NCBI RefSeq assembly: GCF_001194135.2
Contig: NC_068983.1
Location: 50,337,295 to 50,384,036, forward strand
Direction: 5' to 3'
DNA length: 46,742 bases
DNA from: Octopus bimaculoides
Lineage: Eukaryota
The notes under the pieces were generated by a model. The model worked only from the letters and a program-made list of their open reading frames with translations. It was not told the origin of the DNA and made no database searches. This document shows, piece after piece, positions 36,725-46,742 of this stretch. The translations under genes and the position numbers were made by a program. Each line of letters starts with the position of its first letter. Position 1 is the stretch's first letter.

Positions 36725-36962
36725 ATCTTTACTTTTAGTTCTTTCAGTCAGTTACATCCGGCCATGCTGGGGCACCATCATGAAGGGTCGAATCGTACTG
36801 CTCGAACTCAGTACTTATTTCTAGACCTCGTACTTACAATATCTATAATTTTTGTTGAAACACTAGGTTCCGGGGCTCCAAACAACATTCACCAGGTATC
36901 AAGCGACGATGTGGTGGACAAACCCAACCAAGAAGACATAATCACATACCAACCTACATGTT
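36725..36962 (-). mobile_element. SINE family A-related 3' half, diverged
   Basis: tttcagtca..cggccatgctggggcacc..gtacttattt..caagcgacgatg.ggtggacaaac is the reverse complement of the 2590-2790 and 40120-40317 tail. Confidence 0.72.
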
Positions 36963-36994
36963 TCATACACACATGCTTCGTACATACAAGTCTA

Positions 36995-37036
<42 letters not shown>

Positions 37037-38323
37037 CAGAGTGCGATGGATAAATTGTCGTGCATGTGCGTTGTTTGTTTTGCTTTTGTCGACTATACAG
37101 AATGGTTGGGTTAGTTGGACACCGTCTGTGAGAAAAACACCACCATGCTGTAATTCATACTCCCATAAATTTCGAAACGAATTGCTTTAAAGCTTGGCAG
37201 TCGCGCCAGAAGCCCCAATAAAAAAACATTTCAGGGTTTCTAGGTTTCAATCAGAGGGCAGTGTAAAGGTTTCGGAAAGGGTTGGATGCGTCTAATGGTG
37301 ATTACAAATGTACAGCAGTGCGGAAAAACACACTCTGATCTCTTCTGATAAAACAAAGAACTGAATTTGTTGATGAGATCCAAAACAATGATAAACAACG
37401 ATAACTCGAAGTTAATAAGACCCATCACTAGGGTCATGGGTGTATCTGAGTTTCTTATCAGCCAGGTAGAGCATGAAGACATTTGGCATTCCTCATACAA
37501 GATGAGAAAGGGCCAATTTTCATCCCAAGCCATCAAGAAAAAGAGAAAAGATCGTACTAGGAAGCTATTGAAGAAACGCACGCATACCCACCAATCGAAC
37601 ATGCTTTGGTTTTTCTCCGAGGAGAAAAAATATTTGATAGGATTAAATGGTGAACGCTTAGAACAACCATTGGTTTGTCGTGTCCTCAAGACATGTACCG
37701 AGAGTGATAAGAATCAAACATGCAATCAACATTCTGGTGCTTGGAGTGATCACTAGTAATGGTGACGTCATGTCTCCATTCATTTTCCCACACGGCCTCA
37801 AGTTCAACACGAAGGCCTACATCAAGTGTTGGGGGAGGCTGTGCTGCCATGTGTCAAGAGGGTGGCTACTCTAAGAACCTATGACTGGCAACAGGAATCT
37901 GCACCATGCCATACTAGCAGGAGAACCCAGTCAATGCTGTCAGACAATATCTGCGGCCACACTATCCCTGAAATCTGGTCAGCGAACTCCCCAGGCAGCA
38001 GCAGCCTTGATTATGGTATGTGGGGTGCAGTTGAGCGAGAGACCAACAAAATTCCTTGTAACCCCAAAGATGAACTGAAGGCAAGAATTATGGTAGCATT
38101 GATCAACTTAAACAAGGAAGCCGTCCACAAGAGTTGCAAGAGATTACAAAGTGGTCTAGAAGCCGCTGTTGAAGCCAATGGTGATTTTATTGAATAAATA
38201 TATACTCTCCTGTATTTCTAGATATTTTAAAGTACTTTTTGTACATATATCTGTTAAAATGAGAAGTCAGTGTCATTTTTCATTTTTGCATAATATTGAC
38301 GACAATTCATCCAGCGCACCCTG
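37037..38323 (+). mobile_element. Full-length Tc1/mariner DNA transposon, DD37D (maT-type), 1287 bp, inactive
   Basis: 25-bp TIRs: cagagtgcgatggataaattgtcgt (37037-37061) and acgacaattcatccagcgcaccctg (38299-38323), with 3 mismatches. TA flanks both ends. An internal transposase relic is present. Confidence 0.95.
37145..38197 (+). pseudogene. maT/DD37D transposase pseudogene
   Basis: Split over frameshifted ORFs (37367-37756, 37680-37874, 37826-38197): WFFSEEK, VLGVITSNGDVMSPFIF, WQQESAPCHTS, WSANSPGSSSLDY, VEANGDFIE*. There are 37 residues between the second and third catalytic positions. Confidence 0.92.
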
Positions 38324-38419
38324 TATATATATATATATATATATAATATAATATAATATAATATATATATGACGACCTTCCATACTCCTGCAGTCAATCA
38401 GTTTCTCTCAAAAAGGAAT

Positions 38420-38545
38420 TGGCTGGCGCCGACAATGTAGCAGAAAATACGTGACTAAGATATGTTACGCAGCGAGTATGAACTCGAAATCATGTAGTTT
38501 TTGCTGAGCGTGATCCTTAACCACTCATCTATGCCTTCACCATCT
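38420..38545 (-). mobile_element. SINE family A head, degenerate
   Basis: tgtagcagaaaatacgtg..gaactcgaaatcatgtag..cttaaccac is the reverse complement of the family A head. Confidence 0.55.
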
Positions 38546-40047
38546 GTGTATTTTTAATGAAAATTACATAAAACGTATATTGTAAGCTCTTAAGTAACTT
38601 GTACCGCAAGTAAGATGTGATGGAAGTAATGATAGCTATGTCTTTATTCTTCGGTTTATTTTTAAAGTGTGAATATCAAAAAGCAAAGAAATCAAAATGT
38701 CTCTTTAAGTAACATGGCTTACACGATACATATTCGTTATACGTATAAACTAATTTTGTGTCTTTACTAGAATTTATCACCAGTTACTAACATTTGTCTT
38801 AAAATTCTGATCGAGATTTTTCCACGATTTATTTTTCAGCGGGGTTCTCCTGATTTTGTCATAGGCCTGGATTTATGGTTACGAATTGATGACTAAAACA
38901 AGGAAATAATAAAAGATAAAAGACAAATGTTTATCACAACAAGCGAGAAGCACCTTCTGTATAAAATGAAACCGAACTTGAGTTTAGTAACCGTGAAATG
39001 ATCACGATAAAATACTGAGGGCTTGTTATTGCCTCATTTTTGTATCTGCATCAATTTTATATACAATAGTACAAACTATTTGAATACCCGTCGTCAACGG
39101 GTACGTCTGTCTTACCCACTTCAATGTAATTACTGGAACTAACTGCTAGACTATTGCTAACTACCTTAATGATTAATGGCGACCGTGTGAGATTTTAAAG
39201 TGGTTAACAATAAGCACGTATTCTGTGGTGTTAATTTCTCATGTGCAACTATTAATTCTCATCTCACACACGCCATTGTATTCGAAGAGGAAACTTAGTC
39301 GAAAGTTGACATCTGTAAGTAGAGCAAAAAGTCTAGACTAAACAACTGGCTCATGCCTTAGTCACTGTTTTTGTATTGCATTTAAAGCTAGTAAAATCAA
39401 TAGAATAGTTTATATGTAATAGGAGTTGACATGTCCAGGTGATTATAGTAATTTAAACATGACCGATGTCTGCTATTTCTGCACTCCTTTATTTCATTTC
39501 ATTATAATTATATGTTTCATCTTAATTTCTCTTTTCATTAATTCGATGAATACTTCGTAATTCAATGTGTTTATCCTTCCATCATACCCAGTAAAGCTAC
39601 TAACACGTTTGATACATTTGTTTGTTATCCTCTCTTCTCCTGTCCTTACAATATCACTAGGAGCTCTGTGTTACAGGTATAAATAACAGCAACATGTCTT
39701 TTAACTCCACGAACCTTATATTTTTATAGCCATCTCTTTCCTGGAATTAAATGACGACAGAGTTTCGATCAAAAGTAATGCCTGGAAAAGCAAATTATGT
39801 TAAATTTGAAACATTTGGTATAATACATAATATTCTTGAAAATATATGTGATATGCAATACACATGGATGCTACAGCTCAGTATTTAGAGAAACAAAATT
39901 ACTGAAGAGTATGTTTTCACTCCACCACCAAAATAGTAAATATTTTTGGAAATTCATTTTTTTTAATCACTGAAATAAACAAAGGTGCATGAATATTGCT
40001 TTGCCATTAAATGCTGGGGTCTTACCTTTTACACATCACAATTATAA

Positions 40048-40317
40048 AAACTCAAAGACTTCGTCGTATATATGTATACATATGTATATATGTATGTGTG
40101 TGTGCATATGTTTGTGTGTCTGTGTTTGTCCCCCCAACATCGCTTGACAACCGATGCTAGTGTGTTTACGTCCCCGTAACTTAGCATTTCGGCAAAAGAG
40201 GCCGATAGAATAAGTACTAGGCTTACAAAGAATAAGTACTGTGGTCGATTTGCTCAACTAAAGGCGGTGCTCCAGCAAAGCCACAGTCAAATGGCTGAAA
40301 CAAGTAAAAGAGTAAAC
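40048..40317 (+). mobile_element. SINE family A, 5'-truncated
   Basis: aaactcaaagacttcgtcg, internal TA/TG tract, and a tail nearly identical to 2580-2790. Confidence 0.92.
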
Positions 40318-40364
40318 ACGACTAAAAACAATACCTCCGCCTTAGCGAAGGCGGAGGTAATAAC
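40313..40364 (-). mobile_element. Isolated terminal fragment of a Helentron/DINE-1-like non-autonomous element
   Basis: Perfect 12-bp hairpin tacctccgcctt-agcg-aaggcggaggta (40332-40359). The minus-strand continuation ttgtttttagtcgtgttt matches the 41857 element. Confidence 0.6.
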
Positions 40365-41856
40365 ACCTAGACATTCTAAAAAATGAAGTTGGATATTCAC
40401 TGACAGACAGCACATTTTATTGCAGATCTGCAAGACAACGGCTCATGTAAGCCTACATAACACGTTTTAACAAAATCACCAACGTTAATCATAAGAACAA
40501 CAGCAGCATCCGTATTTCATTTGTTACAATTCTTAGGGACCGTAAAATTGTCCTCGTTATATTTGCTAAAAGATGCAGGATAATCACAATAGATATGTTT
40601 AATAGCCAGACGAGTCTCGTAGATCTAATTTTGTTCATGGCAATGCGCCAAAAGTGACTGAAAACGCTGCCTTGTTGACGAATGAGAGGCAAATTTGTAT
40701 ACAGACGTGTTGAAAACACAAATTCGAGACTGGTTGATTAGATTTATGTGGAGTTTATGCGCCAGACTAATGTTTTTTTTTGTTTGTTTATATGCTGAAT
40801 AGTGATTTAAGAATGAGAGTGTGAGAAAGAATGTTTTATGTGTGTTCTTGTGTGTGTGTGTGTGTGTTATAAAATATCATCGTTTTCGCGTTATTTCTCG
40901 TCAAATCATCTCTTTACTAAGTAGATTATTTATGTTATTGGAATAAATCAAATGTTAAATATCAATGATATTGTGTATATATGTGTGTATTGATTTATAG
41001 TTGATATGAGAATTTGCTGTCACTGAAATTCTCATTTTTCTTCACGTAAGTGTTTTGATAATACTTGAATCAGTAGATAATTTATAATAGTTATATTTCT
41101 TTAATTTCAGAGAGGGAAATTTTTCAAGTCACTATCTAATCATCAACAGTGAACCGCCTCTTTTCAAAAGACACTTAATATGTCGGCATGGATTATTTAG
41201 TAGAACAATAGATGATAAATCTGCTAAACAACTGAATTTATCGTTGGGTTCTGCTCGTGAGTTCAATCCCTGTCTTCTAAACAAATTCGATCCACTGGAT
41301 TGTTAACACTCGTCGGGCTTAATATAGCAGAAATCAGAGACGCACACGTCGTACTAATTCTTATAGTTTCAATTTATTCTAAATAACCAATTATTACGTG
41401 CTTTAATTATTACTATTTAAACAATTGTTTTGCAAGATCCTTTTATACATTTCTGTGCTGAACAGCATTGTGATTTGGGAGTCTAGAACCCTGTTCGTGT
41501 ACGTCTTTATTCCGTACTATTGTATGTCTTTTGTACACATTGCGTCGTATCCTTAGAGTTCAAGCTGTGATTGTTGTGTAAAATGTGTACTATGCTATTT
41601 ATTATAGGCATCGTATTGTCAGACCGTAGCTGAGTGGAACATGTGTTGAGTTCTTTCGAAAGAATATGTTATATCATTTGTGGATAACTTTATAGTTCCC
41701 ATTATGTTCATTATAACGCCATGGCGGAGTAGAGTTTGTGTGTGACATTTGTAAGTGGCTTGGTTAATCCTTAACAGGATCACTAGTTCTACAGATTTTA
41801 TGAATCTTAAGAAGAAATTATGTTGATGTTCAGCGTTATCATACATAATTATCTAG

Positions 41857-42070
41857 TTACCTCCGCCGTAGTGAAGGCGGAGGTATTGCTTTCGGTCGTG
41901 TTTATTTGCTTGTTTGTCCGTGGACAAGATATCACAAGAACCGCTTAATGGATTCGGATGAAACTTCCATGGATGTTTGGCCTCATGACTGGTGCGAACT
42001 GAATATATTTTAGGACAGATCCGGTATTGGTGAATGATTCTGGATTATTTTTAATATTTACTTTACATGA
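41857..42070 (+). mobile_element. Helentron-associated / DINE-1-like non-autonomous element (5' part)
   Basis: Terminal hairpin tacctccgcc-gtagtgaa-ggcggaggta (41858-41885), then gtttatttgcttgtttgtccgtg (GTYY-like tract) and ggattcggatgaaactt. This organisation matches DINE-1/HINE elements (recalled). The far end was not identified. Confidence 0.62.
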
Positions 42071-42929
42071 AGTATTACGATCTTACGTTCTTTCAAGACT
42101 TTCTCTGATTATCTCCCTCGAAAGCAAGCTCATGGTTTCCACGTCAGCTATGGTGGCGTTGCTGTTTCCAAAGTTTTATTTTCGTTTCTCTATAATTTTA
42201 CTTGCATCTCTCAAACTACATAAACGGCAGCAAAACCGCTAAGAAATTAAATAGCAGTCGATAACAATAATAAATTTAATTTATCCTCAAGAATGTTTCG
42301 TTTTACCAATTTTGAAAATATCGCTCCCGTTTAAACTCTCCTACCTACTCGACAATTGCATTTCTAGATCTGTATTGAAGGTCCTTTCCTTTTCTTTCAC
42401 GCACGGATATTCCGTCATCAAAGACAAATAGGGGGAAAGAAATCGAAAATGAGAATGGCATATATTAATAAGTTGACAAAATAGAGAAAGGGATTAAAAT
42501 AATAATGAGATGGAAAGAAAGAAGAAAAAGAAGCATAGTTTAACTTCCCGAAGTTATTGAAACCAGAGCATGAGTCCTTAGGTTGCAATCCTGCGTGTAT
42601 TCATGTGTGTGTGTGTGTTCTCGCATAAACTCCCCCAAAATTTTCTCGGCTCGCGACAGATCAAAGAATGATTTATATGTGCCTACACGTTCACTTTATG
42701 CTGATGCCAAAAATCACCAAGAGCAGGTGTTGTTGATTTTACTGTTCGTTCCGTTCTTTTCTTACTGCAGGTGACATGATAATAATTCATATCTTTCGAA
42801 ATTGTAGCCTATAGAAATACGCAGATCATTTTTTTTTTATTGTTGATGCAGCTGCTGTTGTTTATTCTTCTTCAATTTTTCCCTCTTCACTTTTAGTCGC
42901 AGTCATTATCATCATTAATAACCATGATT

Positions 42930-42950
42930 TTATTATCATCATCATCATCA

Positions 42951-42999
<49 letters not shown>

Positions 43000-43035
43000 G
43001 TTGGTGGTGGTTGTGTTGCTGTCTATGTTGTTGTT
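42930..43035. repeat. (ATC)n(ATT)n trinucleotide microsatellite
   Basis: Direct reading. Confidence 0.92.
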
Positions 43036-43837
43036 GCTACTCTTATAATTACATATAATTGCCTCTTAGGTTTACATTCTGAATGTTATCCAAATATTAA
43101 GCAATCTGTCCACCCACGGAAGATGTTCAAGAAGTGTCCGATTTACTTGAAGTATGTTACATCAAAGTATTATGTAAACTAACTCATATTACGATAGGCA
43201 GACTTTGATGTCACATAGAATTTTGCTCTCTCATCTCGTTCACGTTCATACACAGGCTGCATCGAGGGCGCACATGGTGGAGATGTAAACGGAACCGAAC
43301 CCTCCCGCCCCTAATGTTTTCAATTCTTTTCATGAAATCCCACCTTCTTTGGCTATGGAGATTCCGATTCTGAAAAAAAAAAAAAAAAATTCAAACGCAA
43401 CTTCAAAATTTCAATTCTCCACCCCGCATAGCTTCATTTTTCACTGTTCCCGGATTTTTATTTTTTTATTTTTTGCGANNNNNNNNNNNNNNNNNNNNNN
43501 NNNNNNNNNNNNNNNNNNNNNNNNNNNNNNNNNNNNNNNNNNNNNNNNNNNNNNNNNNNNNNNNNNNNNNNNNNNNNNNNNNNNNNNNNNNNNNNNNNNN
43601 NNNNNNNNNNNNNNNNNNNNNNNNNNNNNNNNNNNNNNNNNNNNNNNNNNNNNNNNNNNNNNNNNNNNNNNNNNNNNNNNNNNNNNNNNNNNNNNNNNNN
43701 NNNNNNNNNNNNNNNNNNNNNNNNNNNNNNNNNNNNNNNNNNNNNNNNNNNNNNNNNNNNNNNNNNNNNNNNNNNNNNNNNNNNNNNNNNNNNNNNNNNN
43801 NNNNNNNNNNNNNNNNNNNNNNNNNNNNNNNNNNNNN

Positions 43838-43938
43838 CTAGGCTTACAAAGAATAAGTCCTAGGCTCGATTTGCTCGACTAAACTAAAGGCAGTGCTCCA
43901 GCATGGTGGCAGTCAAACGACTGCAGCAAATAAAAGAA
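43838..43938 (+). mobile_element. SINE family A tail (the rest is in the gap)
   Basis: ctaggcttacaaagaataagtcctaggctcgatttgctcgactaaa...gtgctccagcatgg..gcagtcaaa. Confidence 0.88.
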
Positions 43939-43943
43939 TTATA

Positions 43944-43972
43944 TATATATGTATACACACACATGTATACAC

Positions 43973-44051
<79 letters not shown>

Positions 44052-44052
44052 A
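43944..44052. repeat. (TA)/(CA)n microsatellite
   Basis: Direct reading. Confidence 0.95.
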
Positions 44053-44559
44053 AGTACATACGTTCTAGTCGATCTACATCTATATCCATCAATCTGTCCA
44101 GCTGTCAATCAAACAATATCTCTATTAATGTAACTGTCCCCCTGGCTATCAATACATGTATATATGCACCTATTTATTTATCTATCTGCTTACTTATCTA
44201 ACTACAAATCAATCAGTCCATCTATATAGCCATCCACCCAAACATCCATGCAACTTACCAAGAAAGTCACCGACCCGAAAGTCCCTAGATAGTTACTAAT
44301 AAACAAAATTTTTGATTAGCGTAAGTATAGGATTATATTTCACTTCTTGTCGTCTATTAACTACATGTAAGTTAATTATTTATTTATTTGTTATTTATTA
44401 TTTACTTCTATATAATAGTTAAGTAATTAGATGTATAGGATTACATTTCACTTACTGAAACAGCCGTAGCATTTAAAATGAAGCTACTTTTCATAAATAT
44501 TTTACGAATCTCTCACTCATTGTATACAAGCAGACAAATCTATACAGAGAGACAGGCTC

Positions 44560-44730
44560 ACACATACATACAAACAAACAAACATACATACATACATACA
44601 TACTTACATACATACATACATACATACATATATACATACTTACATACATATATACATACATACGTACATATAGTACATATATATGTACATACATAAAAAA
44701 ACATATATATTCTTGCATGCATACATACAT
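44560..44730. repeat. (TACA)n degenerate tetranucleotide microsatellite
   Basis: Direct reading. Confidence 0.92.
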
Positions 44731-45104
44731 TCAGACATTATACATGATATTATAGTTGAATTACTGACATATTTCGATATATACATTCCTTATATTTAAA
44801 TCATTCCCTTTGAAATCAAGGTTATCTGTAGATACATTTTCCCTTAGGCTTCATCGATAAATGGTGAAATCACTCCCTTCAAATAGGATCAGAATTCCAG
44901 AAACATATATCATCGCAAAATATCTTTCGTCAGAAAACAAAAACAAATCAAGAATCATTCTTTCTCTCCCATGTCTTGATAAACCAAAAACACTTCTGCG
45001 GTACTACATTCCTCTTCCGTCCAGTTGGCTATTTCCATAATCCTCCTTCATTTCTGAAGTATTCATAACGGCATGTTGCCAACAGACAAAACTGTGATTT
45101 ATTG

Positions 45105-45322
45105 ATGATATGTATGTATGATACTGATATGTGTGTGTGCATATGTATGTATGCATGTATGCATGTGTGTGTGTGCATAAATATGTATGTGTATGCATAT
45201 AGATATATATCTATGTATATAAACATATAAATAAAATATATATAAATGCATATACATATTTATAGACATGTTCTTCACGCAAACATACGTACACACACAT
45301 ATACATACTTATATATATATAC
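45105..45322. repeat. AT/GT low-complexity microsatellite mix
   Basis: Direct reading. Confidence 0.85.
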
Positions 45323-45999
45323 ACCTAGTTTACTTCTGATGAAGTGTAGAACGTGATGGAGCTATCATCCGTGTTCGTCTTGATTCGTAGACAATAGTTT
45401 ACCAGGTGATTTACGAATGCAATTCAAATCTCATCCTTTAAATTTCTCGGTTTGTTGTTAAGATTTTGAATACTCGTAGCCCTTTTGCAATCATAGTTCA
45501 ATCAGCGTACGATCCTTATTTTTCAAAGGAAGTGTAGATTATTTTGAAAAATGGAAAGAGCCCAAGGCTGGTATATGCTATTGCATTTTAAACCGGCATT
45601 TGTCGCAAGCCTTTCAAGGAACATGATAAACAAACGTACGTATGTACTTCTACCTGTGGCACATAAAAAAACCCCAGAAATGTATATGTGTATCTGTATG
45701 ATTATATATATATNNNNNNNNNNNNNNNNNNNNNNNNNNNNNNNNNNNNNNNNNNNNNNNNNNNNNNNNNNNNNNNNNNNNNNNNNNNNNNNNNNNNNNN
45801 NNNNNNNNNNNNNNNNNNNNNNNNNNNNNNNNNNNNNNNNNNNNNNNNNNNNNNNNNNNNNNNNNNNNNNNNNNNNNNNNNNNNNNNNNNNNNNNNNNNN
45901 NNNNNNNNNNNNNNNNNNNNNNNNNNNNNNNNNNNNNNNNNNNNNNNNNNNNNNNNGAAAAAATAAAGTAATCTATTATTATATCCATAGCCGGATATT

Positions 46000-46410
46000 T
46001 TTAGTATGAAGTGGTAAGGAGTGTGATGTGCTAAAAAAAGAGAGAACAGTACTTGAAGTGTAGTTTCATTCCAGTGGTAAATATCCGTGTAGAAATCCGT
46101 GCAAAGTAATCCTTGTGTGAATAATCCGGAAATTTATGTTGGAACGAAAGTAAATATAGCATAGATAGCAGAGGTACATATATTCCATATTGGGATGGAT
46201 TTTTGCTTGTTTACTTGAAGAATGTCCAAGTCAAGTGAAAAGTGAGTGGTAATTAGGTCAAGTCAAGAAGACAGAATGTGAAAGATGTAGAGGCGGAAGA
46301 TGGTAGCGATTATTTACGGTCAGTTGGTCTTTACAGGGTAGAGGGGATGAGCATATAGAGTGAAGGAGGAATAGGGGGATGAGGTTAAAAGATCTAGTGA
46401 GTAGGAAGGA
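46000..46410 (-). mobile_element. Possible very decayed Penelope-like RT relic
   Basis: Purine-rich plus strand as in the other minus-strand PLE relics. Minus-strand pieces FTLYAHPLYPV (cf. FTLDIQSLYTV), TIFRL, THFSL..LQV (cf. NCFSF..QQV) and YTDIYHW occur in PLE order but match weakly. Confidence 0.4.
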
Positions 46411-46414
46411 ATAT

Positions 46415-46742
46415 GCACTCCGTCGGTTACGACGACTAGGATTCCAGTTGATCTGATCAACGGAATAGCCTGCTCGTGAACTTAACGTATAAGTGGCTGA
46501 GCACTCCATAGAAATTTGTACCTTTCACGTAGTTCTCGGGGGGAGATTCAGCGTGACAGTGTTGCAAGACTGGCCCTTTCAAATACAGGTACAACAGAAA
46601 CAGGGAGAAAGAGATAAAGCCGTGGTGAAAGAGCACAGCAGCTTTCGCCACCTACCCCGGCTGAAGCCTCGTGGAACTTTATGTGTTTTCGTTTCAATAA
46701 ACACTCACAACGCCCGGTCTGGGAATCGAAACAGTGATTCTA
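46415..46742 (-). mobile_element. SINE family B, diverged copy, head cut by the window end
   Basis: Homologous to 15740-16075 along its length (ccagttgatc.gatcaacggaa.agcctgctcg...aataaacactcacaacgcccggt.tgggaatcgaaac). Confidence 0.93.

Noticed and set aside
43250-43478. GC-richer segment before the gap that might be the body of a DINE-1-like element
   Set aside because: No terminal hairpin or match to the 41857 element could be established before the gap.
45336-45400. CTGATGA motif
   Set aside because: No downstream GAAA or compatible stems.

Overview
AT-rich, repeat-dense eukaryotic genomic DNA. The SINE families, microsatellite load and gap pattern look like an octopus (coleoid cephalopod) draft assembly; this is an inference from recognised repeat motifs. 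There are nine N-gaps: 895-1281, 2043-2529, 6178-6187, 9998-10048, 17698-18015, 20989-21075, 31507-31650, 43479-43837 and 45714-45956. I cannot support any intact host protein-coding gene, rRNA, true tRNA or CRISPR array, so the window is probably intronic or intergenic. It contains (1) several decayed Penelope-like retroelements (PLEs), including an RT plus C-terminal GIY-YIG element at 2-1465; (2) a full-length but dead DD37D/maT-type Tc1/mariner transposon with TIRs at 37037-38323 and a DD34E Tc1 fragment; (3) an R4/Dong-like LINE RT relic; (4) many tRNA-derived SINEs in at least five families, labelled A-E here; (5) Helentron/DINE-1-like ends; and (6) many microsatellites. The most interesting unlisted signal is a set of type-I minimal hammerhead ribozyme motifs with palindromic stem III. 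One is apparently intact and lies in a PLE 3' end that is capped by a perfect 30-bp fold-back. Another sits at the 3' end of a tRNA-headed SINE, which suggests a Pol III-driven, hammerhead-carrying non-autonomous element that may be mobilised by PLEs.
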